Origin: Selaginella moellendorffii
Taxonomy: Eukaryota; Plantae; Lycopodiophyta
Assembly: GCF_000143415.4 (NCBI RefSeq)
Contig: NW_003314273.1
Coordinates: 2,666,719 to 2,730,718, forward strand
Length of the DNA stretch: 64,000 nt
Reading direction: 5' to 3'
In this document: positions 13,834 to 23,800 of the stretch, one piece after another
How positions within the stretch are numbered: position 1 is the first letter of the stretch
How the letters are laid out: each line of letters opens with the position of its first letter
Program-made: the position numbers and the translations under genes
Notes under the pieces: generated by a model
The model's input: only the letters and a program-made list of their open reading frames with translations
Database searches by the model: none
What the model was told of the DNA's origin: nothing

Positions 13834-14473
13834 GAGAACGCTCTTCACCCTAAAATATGGAGTTCGTTGTGTTATAAAAGGAAACCAACACACATGCTGC
13901 AAGGGAATGATGGTACATAAAGCACGTAAGCCCACAATATGGGTTTATGTGCCATTAATATGGGCCACACGCCATATTATTAGATTTATGCACGTGTGAT
14001 TGGTAAATGCATATGTCACATCATCTTTGTTTTACCTCACACACTATATCAGGCCTAATGAACCATATCACATGTGCGCACATGCTATATATATGGAGAA
14101 GTATTATGCAAGGATAGAAAAATTCAATGCATGATTGTGGAGAGCAATGGCATGAAGCCACATGCTAAATAACATTTTAGAGAAAGAATTAAAATAGAAA
14201 CATGCAAACAGTACTGAGTGGACCAAGACTTAGAAGTGCACAATTGAATGAGGTATTTCTAATAAATATTTCACTCACCTCATATAGGAATGGCTACCAC
14301 TCTCAAATGGCGTATCGCCTCATGCCATCACCTCGCAATTTGTTATAACAATCCGATGAATTCATATTCGGCTTGTTCACCTTGAACTTTAAGTAAGATT
14401 TGCTAGAACAACTAAGAATTTATACTTGTTATTTGTATCATCTCACTTAGGAATGGCGTAAGGCCACATGCCA

Positions 14474-17400
14474 TCACGCCTCCTCTGATTCAGATTCGGA
14501 TTGTTCACCTTGAAATAAAATACATTAGAAACTTAGTAAAGGAATATTCATGAATCTCACCTTGAACCCGGGTTATGAATGCTCTTGCTGCATCTTTTGC
14601 ATGGTCTGGCAAGGTGATGGTGGCACTCTGCTTCCGCATCCAACCATGCACAACATTATCCACCGATATGCTCATGCTGGGATCCCTTGGATTCAGCACC
14701 CATCTCTTTTCTAGGCAATCGTTCGTATATCCGGAACTTGGCTTGAACCACTCCACAGTTACATTGAAGGAGTTAGTTTCCGTGTCCTCCTCTGCATCAG
14801 TGATGCAGCGCCCCACCCATATCATTTGTTTTTTATTACTGGGTCTGACAAGCACGACCATTCCTTTGCAGACCTGTACTGGATTGAATGCTGAATCCGG
14901 CTTCTTGTTCCTCGGCCCACAATAGTGATCCTCAACATCGTTATCTGTCACTGCATTTCCAGAGGACATTGTTCCGCTACTATCTGGTGTTCTGGGTTCT
15001 GGCCAAAAGGACTCTTCCAATTCTTTATATACAACCGGCCCATTTTGGATAGCAGATATAATCTTCTCCCAGTATTCGAGCAAAGGTTTGCACCTCTGAA
15101 AATAGGATTCTCCACCAAACACCAACCCCCTCTTCCAGAAGGCAATATGCTGTCTAATCCCGGCCACTATACTTTCCTGGTCTTTGAGTCCATCCGGGTG
15201 CATCGGCCGTGGGGAACCCTGAGGAATCATAGGTTCCCCAGTTATGGGATCTCTCTTGAAGAGTTCAATGCCATCCACTGGCAGCCACACTGTGTCCCAT
15301 TCTCTCATCTTGTACCTCATCACTGGAGCACCGTCACACATGCTGAAATGAAACTGAAGAGGCTTGGAGTGGCCAATCAGCGTTTCGGATCCGTCCCTGA
15401 TGTAGCCTCTTACAAACCCCTTAAAGTCTGGAACCTCTGTCAGAAGTGCAGCTTCAACAGTGCCTTTGATGCAATTTTGGAATTCATCGTAGAGTTGTGG
15501 GAGGGTGAGGACATTGGATCGCCGGAGGGACTCTGCCAGGTGACTGAACATGGCATCGACGTCTTCATGAGTGTGCCCAACCATGAGAAAGCCAAGTGTA
15601 ACCGTTTCAAATATGCCTTTGGCAACAAGCATCGCCAAGTACGCGAAGATGTACATGTTTTTGTTCTCACTGCCAGCATTGTCTGTTTGGAGCAGAAGAT
15701 GGGGTGGAAGGCCACATCGGCCGCAAGAACTTCCTTGAGATTCTGCTTCGTTTGGATGAGGCTGTGCATTCACCGGGCGACCAGCCTCGTCGGAATGACA
15801 TGAGGCCTCACGTGATAACCCTACAATCTGACGGCCAACATATTCACTGGGATGGCATGGGGCCCCACGCGATACTGCAAGCCTTTGCTCCTCCTCCAGC
15901 TGAACCCTGTATGGGGTTCGATCGACAAGGGCCTTATGCAAGGGTTGGCCGTTCAGCTCAGTCTGCGCACTTTGCAGAGACCTTAAGTGTTTTGCTAGGG
16001 ACGCAATCATCATGTTTGCACCCCCGCCACCCCATAGAGGTACAAAGAAGTTCCCATAGTTCTGGGCACCATGCCCATGAGCGATTATGCCAAACAGAGA
16101 CACAGGCAGCTGCATGGATGAAGAGATTGCCTTGGGGGCAGGATTGAGTCGAAGTAAGCACGTCTTTTTCTGGTCCATTTTGTCGTGGATGATGTAGAGG
16201 TAAGAGTCAGGTCTCTCCATTGGAGAGAATCCTGTTATGATAATATGCAGTCCTGCAGCTTCTCTGCTCGATGTTGTGGTCGAGTCGCCTTCTAACCAAC
16301 GTCTCTCGCTCTTGAGCGTTGCAAGAATTCTTCGACAAAGCCATTTTGATAGCAGTGCACTCGTCACACTTTGAAAAGCTGGAGTACTTTCCTATACTCA
16401 CATCTCTGAACCTGTTGCTCCACAATCTACTAAATCTAGATTGGCTCAGCTTCCTGTAGCCATTACTCTGGAGTTCCCGATTCACATCTTCCAATATGGC
16501 CCCCTTGGTATACATGGAAGGGAGAACTCATTGGGTGTCTCGTGTTCCATCTTCCAAGAGGCGGGTTTTATGTGGTTGCTGCTCGCTACATGTCTCGACA
16601 AACCTCTTGAAGATTGCCTCTCCATATACAACATGACCCCTGGTTTTGTGCGTACCGTCGTTCCCATGGACTGCCTGTTGAACCCTTTGTTCCTCGAACT
16701 CAGTTTTGATTCTATAGAATGTGGTTCGAGGGACTCCATAAATGATTCTCCATGCCTTCATGCAGACCAAACCCCTCTGGAAGACCATGCCCCCCACCTG
16801 ATGTTCTGAAGCATCAACAGATGACCGTAATGCCTCATACACAAAATTGCGAGCTGCCTTCCAGGACAATGTCTTGTATCTTGCTCTCTCCTCTTCAATA
16901 GCATCCCAATCAGCATGTTGACAGCACCTCCTCTTGCAACAAGCAACTGTCGAGACCATTCGAACCTCCATCGCCATTTTCTGCCTTTTCGGTTCGTTGC
17001 TCAGATCCCTTTGGCTGCGCTTTAGGAAGGTGTACTTTCTTTTCCCATGAAGAGATGTTCTGTCATCAGTTGTAGTGGTGTTTGATTGTGAATCCTTCAC
17101 ATTCTCAAACACTAAGTGCCTCAATTTCCACCGCACAATGCTTCCAATAGTCAGACTGTTTTCTTCTGTGTCAACAACCTCTAAAATCGCAACTCCAATA
17201 TCATCCCAGCCCAATTCTTGATTAGCAACCGCATCTCTTGGATCGACAACTGTGGCTAAGCCCTCAGCTACCACCTCCCCCTCGGGGTTGTTTAGAAACA
17301 CCTTTGCCTGAATCCATGTAGCACGGTTCTTAAGATCCACGGAGGGAACATGCGTCGCACTTGCGCTGTCCCCAACATCTGCTTTCTTCTGAAGATTTTT

Positions 17401-17616
17401 CAAGGCAACAACAACATTTACCCCGACGACCATCTCTCCTCGTTCAATAGCGACCACATTCCCATCGAAAACAGTCTCTACTGATACAGCAGCATTGCCT
17501 TCCCCAAGCCTTTGACAGTGTATAACAAAGTTCCGATCCATAGACACAAGGGTCCCTTTTGCAACTCTCTTCCCACCATTCAAAATGTAAACCTTTTCCC
17601 CAACCCTGAAGGCCAT
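14474..17616 (-). pseudogene. DDD/E RNase-H-fold transposase, Sola1-like, ~1030 aa; one in-frame stop (16528-16530) and one +1 frameshift (~16220)
   Basis: Three ORFs join into one protein with FSKCDEC...H...R..YY..R, IIHDKMDQKKT, LLLQTDNAGSENKN and FLMVGHTHEDVDAMFS. A terminal intron (14560-14509) adds GEQSESESEEA*. The superfamily name comes from motif recall, not a search. Confidence 0.8.
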
Positions 17617-17979
17617 TCTGAAAGTGCAGAAAAGAAGTTAAGACCATACAAAAAATGATTGGAGAATGGCCTAAATCATAACATACCAAACAACCTCAAT
17701 AGCATGAGGCCACATGCCATTATTCAAACATGCTATTGACACCCACGTGAAATTTCGCATTCACAAAATTGGCATGAGGCCTCATGCCATCTTGATATAC
17801 ACACAGCTGCAGGCAAGCAAAAACATACATGACAATACGCTAGCCATGAAATTGCAAGGGCCCAAGATGGCATGTGGCCTCATGCCATTTCTAAATGTGG
17901 TCTTAAGCCATTCCATGGTGAACATACCAGGAAGCACAAGTGCCGAATATCAAGAGGAAGCGGTAGCCACACCAAAGAC

Positions 17980-18112
17980 AGTGCCGCTCGCAACACCGCA
18001 ACTACTCGTAGCGCCGCTCGCAACACCGCAACTGCTCGTAGCGCCGCTCGCACAAACTGCCACTCGCATAAACTGCCGCTCGCAATGGCGCTCGCAATGC
18101 CGCAACCGCTCG
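17980..18112. repeat. GC-rich 27-bp tandem repeat (gcgccgctcgcaacaccgcaactRctcgta-like) with degenerate continuation, 5' of the transposase
   Basis: Read directly; two near-perfect units plus partial units. Confidence 0.8.
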
Positions 18113-18481
18113 TAGATGCATAAACCACAGCCCACAACGCCGCTTACACAAGCAGCACTCACTGCGCTCAGCGGAACCAAGAACACGGCGCACAAAAATG
18201 ATAGACCTAGGAATGAGTTCGAGAATTCAAAAATAACACACGCTTGAACGTCACATCAAATCCTCTGACAAACCAGATCTTATGATTCCTCTGACAAATT
18301 TCAAACTGAGTAGCTTCTAGACTTTACTGTCGGAGGTTGAACTTTGTCACATCATGTCCTTACCTCGATCTAGCTGTGCCATGTCAGTGATTCGAACTTT
18401 GCCATGCCATGTCAGCGATCCGCGCCAAGATTATTCGCCGTGTAAAGGAATAATTATGCTGTGTGTGTACGTCCATTTATG

Positions 18482-19835
18482 GCAATATAAGGCCACACGC
18501 CATTCAAAGAATAATGCTCGACATAAGGCCATACGCCATTCAAAGAATAATGCTAGTCGAGCATTTTTTGGTGCATTTTTGGGTTCAAAATTGCATGAGC
18601 CCACACGCTATAAAGTTTACTTGTACCAAAAATAGAAACAGCTTTATTTACTTGGGAATTTAAGTGGTTGAGGCATTTTTAAACTTACAAACACATGCCC
18701 TACTTACATTCCTTTGGTTGCTTAAAATTCAAAAATATTATAAACCTTTCTTTTTGCATTTTCAATGTTTTCAATTATGGTTTTTGATTTTCGTAGGACC
18801 AGCCTAGTAATCTATTTGCATCCCGTCATGTTTATAGCTAGCTTTCGTTTGTCCCCTTCGCTAGCCTGAGATACATCTGCTCGGCATCTGCCTCTTACAG
18901 CATTTGCCCAGAAAGGGCATCTTTCTTCACGCAGCATTTGCCACATGTTTAGGGTTTAGGGTTTAGCAATTTAGTAGCTTGATAAACATGCAAATACAGA
19001 ACTTGATGCAAAATCCTTTGATATGTCACAATGCCCCTAGGACCATAAACACATTTCAATAGAGAGGGTCCTTTCATTTCATAACTCCTTACGTAGATCT
19101 TGGTGAAACCAGAGTTAGTGAAGTTAGTTTCTTGTAATCCCGCATCTGATTGTGATGTCCCTTTGCAGTTTCGATGGAAAGGTCAATGCACACCAAACTG
19201 TAAAATCTTGGAGCAAAATAACGGTCGGATCTATGGCAAATGCCCCTGAAACATTGTAAGGCTCGTGTGGTCTCATGTGGTGTCCGATCGAGATGCTTCT
19301 TTGCAGGGTCATTAAGAAAGACATTGTATACCATTCTGTAAAATCTAGTTGCGATCTAACGGTTGGATCTCCAGAAAACTCAAAAAAATCTCGCGCGTGT
19401 CAGAATATCCTAGGAATATACTCCTATGTGCCCCTGAAAATGGCATGCGGCCCCACGCCATTCAAGAGATAATGCCAGATGACACCGAGAATTTTTTGGT
19501 GCATTTTTTGGGTTCAAAATTGCATGAGCCCACACGCTATAAAGTTTATCTTTGCCAAATAGAGAAAAGTTTATCTGTGTCATGTGAGGTAGTTACAGTC
19601 CTTTGTGCTCGGCATCTGCCTCTTGCAGCATTTGCACTGAAAGGGAATTTTTCTCCATTCAGCATTTGGCCCTGAAAATGGCATGCGCCCACACGCCATT
19701 CAAGGAATAACGCCACAGGACGCCTGGATTTTTGGGTTTAAAATGTTTAGGGTTTTTTGGGTTTTTTCAAAATATTTTGGGTCCAACGTTTTTTGGGTTT
19801 CTTTGGTTCAAAATTGCATGAGCCCACACGCTATA
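18482..19835. repeat. Three dispersed direct repeats of a ~120-160 bp unit (~18500-18620, 19440-19550, 19678-19835), each with two palindromes
   Basis: Shared text ...cacgccattcaa(a/g)ga..taa.gc....ttttggt...ggttcaaaattgcatgagcccacacgctataa. A second block, tgctcggcatctgcctctt.cagcatttgc, occurs at ~18878 and ~19606. Confidence 0.85.
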
Positions 19836-20179
19836 ATATTGATTTGAGAGAAAAATAGAAATAGATAGAATTTCTTTATTTAGCTGAACATCTGCCATTT
19901 TTGGAAATACAAGATGCTTTGGAATATCCAATCATGCATGGTATAAATATAGCGAGGGTATTAAATGATATCCCAATCATGATCTTTCTTTTGGATTTCG
20001 CGTGCATGCAGTCCGAGGAATGATGACGTTGCGGATTTCTTTTGGATTTTGCGTGCTTGCATGCGCGCGGCAATCCAGAAATTAATGGTGGCGCCCAAGT
20101 CTGAGGAATGATGACGTGGCGGGATTACCAACCATTGTGACATTTCACGCGTGTGAGGTTAGGTTTTGCATTTTGCTTT

Positions 20180-20380
20180 GTACTCGCGCTCGCACACTCG
20201 CGCTCGCGCTCGCATCACACTCGCGCTCGCGCTCGCATCACACTCGCGCTCTCGCTCGCATCACGCTCCCACTCGCGATCACGCTCACTTCTCTACAGGT
20301 TTCTCGTGTGCATCGGCGTCCACTCGCGCTTGCATCACACTCGCGCTCGCATCGCGCTCGTGTGCATCGGCGTCCACTTC
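20180..20380. repeat. CpG-rich (CTCGCG)n / cgcatcacactcgcg repeat upstream of the fusion gene
   Basis: Read directly. Confidence 0.85.
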
Positions 20381-20828
20381 AAGACACACCCAGTTTGTAA
20401 CTTCGCCGCCAACTCCGCCGCCCACTCCGCCACCCACACGCAGCCCACTTGGCGTCCCAGGAGATTTCAGCACCACTCTCCAACTGTAAGTGGCAGAGTA
20501 GCCTTGCTGCTACGATCCGCTGCACACACAGTGCACATTCGCCAGTGAGTCCGGCCTCGATTGTCACGGCCTCCATTCGGCTTCAAATGGTAAGTCTTTT
20601 AGGCCAAGTAGAAAATGGCATGAGGCCATATGCCATTCAGTAGCAACATTGGCATGCACCGATTGGGCTCTCGAGTGCAGTCCGGTTACAGATGGCGTGT
20701 TGCCTCACGCCATTTTAGGATGCAGCCTCAAGACATCTGATGCAGTGGTGAATAGCGTGTGGCCTCACGTTATTTCCAGTTGCTAGCTTTTCATCTGTCA
20801 GCTCTAATTGTTGTGCATTTCTCAACAG

Positions 20829-23800
20829 ACGAGGAATTGCGTTCTTCTTCCAGCCACTGTCAATGTGGATGCAGAGAAGGGGGAGGAGCTCACCAGTTGG
20901 ACTTTCGGGATGGAAGGCGAGGATCTGATGCTGTACAACACAGATAGTGGGAGAAAAGAATGCATGGGGATCCTCATCCAAGTGACAGACACTCCATGCA
21001 GTTCCATGCAAGAATATGGACTGGCACTTGTGGTAGAGACAGCGTCTGCCTTCAAGATCCACCTTGCACATCCTAGCGGCTTCCCGGAGGGGGGCAGCGG
21101 CTATGAGGAATTCCTAGAGGGAGCTAGGGAGAGGTTGTCCAGGAGGCCCACAATTTCAAAGACGTTGCGGGTCTATGAAGATCACATGGAATCCACGGAC
21201 CTCACCTACGGCGATGTTCAAAAACTATATTCCAACATTGAGCCGTTGAGAGTGCCTCCAGTTTGCGAAGCGAAGGGGAAGGGGGTCGATCTGGAAACTA
21301 CCCCGAAGCAGAAAAGGGTGGTCAAGCTCAAGCCGACGTCCGACTCTGCTGCTCCAAAAAAGAAGCTACTCGGTGATGCCATTGCCTCGAGTTCGAACAC
21401 TACACCCACCAAAAAGAAGAGCCGCAAAGAGCAGAAAGAGCAAGAAGAGGTAGCAAAAATCGTCGCAGATAATAGTACTTGTTACTATTCCAACAAAGTA
21501 TATACAATCGACGTGAGCCGTATCGAGATCCAAAGCAAATACAACCACAGGCTAGTATCTGATGAGTGGGTGGAGAAACTGAAGCAGAAGATGCTGGCAA
21601 GTCCAGTAACACCCGACATCGCAGACGTGATCCCCTACTACCGAACAATGAAGGGCGAGACGAGGTTTCCAGACTTGATCAATAGGAAGGTGTTGGACGA
21701 TCAGAACATCCGGTTCTATGCCGTCTCCGGGCAGCATTCTAGCTTGGCGATGCAACAGATAGTTGTGGATATTATGGTGGGCGAGGAGGTAAAGAAAGTC
21801 TTCAAGACAAGAGTTGTCCGCCTGATAAAAGGCAACTCGCCCCTCTGATCTATCATATACATCTCCCACGCGCAGAATGTCAAGCAAGAAACGTGCTACA
21901 AATCGGGTCTGCACGAGACATTGGCACGAACACGGAAGCTCTGGGTTCAACTGAAGAAGCCACAAAAACCAGGACAAGGACGTGCACTAGCAACTAGCGC
22001 CTGACAGGTAAGCCTCGTTGCATGTGGCATAGCATGTGGCCTCACGCCATTTCCATTGCAGGAATTCTCGAGTCTTCTCTCGAAAACACTGGGGGTCAAT
22101 GACACACTCAGCATCCATAACATTCTACTCGCGACAAAAGTTGTTTTTGACAAATGGGTAGATGTGCTGAGGAGGTACCATGACGGGGAGTTGCTAAACT
22201 CAATGGGTGTGGAGGACGGCCGGAAGCCCAATGATTTGAAGCTCAACGCCTTGCGTTTCTCGCGGTCTCTAGACGACGACGACCTTCTGACAGTGGCTAA
22301 TGCTCTTCTACGTGGTGAGGTAGTCTTCAACAAGACCAAAATGACTCCCGGCCATATTGTGACATACGAGGACTTGTGCACGACTCTGAGAGCTCGTGCG
22401 CTATTGAAGGATTGGATCTTCGAGCAAGTGGCCGTGGCGAGGGTGAACATCGACACCACGCAAGAGATGATGGAAGAGCTGGAGTTGTCAAATGAAGACA
22501 TCGACGACTACGTGAAGGGGGCCCCCAAGTTCATCGATCTGCTGCGGGATGCCACGAAAAGTAAAGCTGAAAAGTTGGATCAGTATCCAAATTTCATTAA
22601 GAGGGATGTCGACCGCCGGCTTCAGAAACAGCTCGACCCCGCAGCAGAGGCCTATCGAGAACCTTACCGGGTATACGTGAATTCAGATGAGGATCAAAGG
22701 TGGAGGAGCATCGTTTCCCGCGGAGATGAGCAGGTCAAGAACATCTTTTGTGTGATGGACTTCACAAACGAGGAGATCACTCATGCAGACGAAGTTAGCT
22801 CCATCATTGACTTAATGGTGGGACTTGCAGAGGTGGAATCTTCAGTCCACTATATGATCTACGACTCCGAATCCTATCACAAGTTCTGGAAGGCCTTGAA
22901 CGAGGTGAAGGCTCGGTTGAAAGGCAAGGAGATGCGGGAGATCCATGGGATAATGGCTAAGAAGAAGATACCGACGAATGTTCGCATCTTCACACTTGCC
23001 CTTGTTATTGGTCCTGCAACAGAGTGGGACTGGAGTGACTTCCCAGCTTCGTTCAACAAAGCCGATCGAATTGATCTGAGGGAGGTCAATTTACCTGTGC
23101 CTGAGGAACTGAAGACGGCTATGGAGCTTTCGAATCCAAAGAAAGCTTCAGGTGCAGCATGGGAAATGCTCAGCTGGGTCTTCAACGCAATAGCAGGTGA
23201 CTCCAAGGGCAAATGCGTTGTCGAGTACAACTGCGGCGGACTATTCTTTCGAGCCGCACTACTGAAGGGTGTCCCGTGTGTTGCGGTGACAAACTCCATT
23301 GAAGAGGTGACTTCAATGGAGCATATAATTACAGTTGCCAAAGAAAAACAGTATCTTCTCTACGAACCTGGTGAGTACGCACTTTAAGTTTAAATGTTAT
23401 CTCACAAGCTCTGTATGTAGGAGCGTGGCCACCTCCAGATGCTGAAACGGCGTTAACAGCTACTGATGTTAGGCCGAGCTCACAACCTGCACAAGGTAAG
23501 GTCACGTGAGGCCTCACGCCATTTTGATTATAGATCGTTGTGAATATTCAGACACGAGGACTGAAAAGTGCACTGGTGGCGCGTCGAAGAAGGACAAACA
23601 GACAAGCAATAGGAAAAAAGGAGGTACAAATTATATTTGCAATGGCGTGTGGTCTCATGCCATTCTTTGCAGGAGACACTTCTTCAAAGGCAAAACAAGC
23701 AAGCACCAGCCAAGCTCAAACTGACAGTGGTCATAAAAAGCGAAAGCACGTTGGACAGTCGTCGGGATCAGAGGCGTTTGATTCGAAAAGGAAGAAGGGC

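Noticed and set aside
14925-15803. 292-aa plus-strand ORF and other antisense ORFs over the transposase, fusion gene and P450s
   Set aside because: Shadow frames of real coding sequence on the opposite strand.
17714-18195. Overlapping ORFs here and at 20116-20576
   Set aside because: They arise from stop-poor GC-rich tandem repeats, and the translations are repetitive.
18947-18966. TTTAGGG run as a telomere or chromosome-healing site
   Set aside because: Under three units; more consistent with a telo-box-like promoter motif.
20829-21150. PH-like domain at the fusion protein N-terminus
   Set aside because: The beta-rich-then-helix pattern is suggestive, but no diagnostic motif supports it without a structure search.
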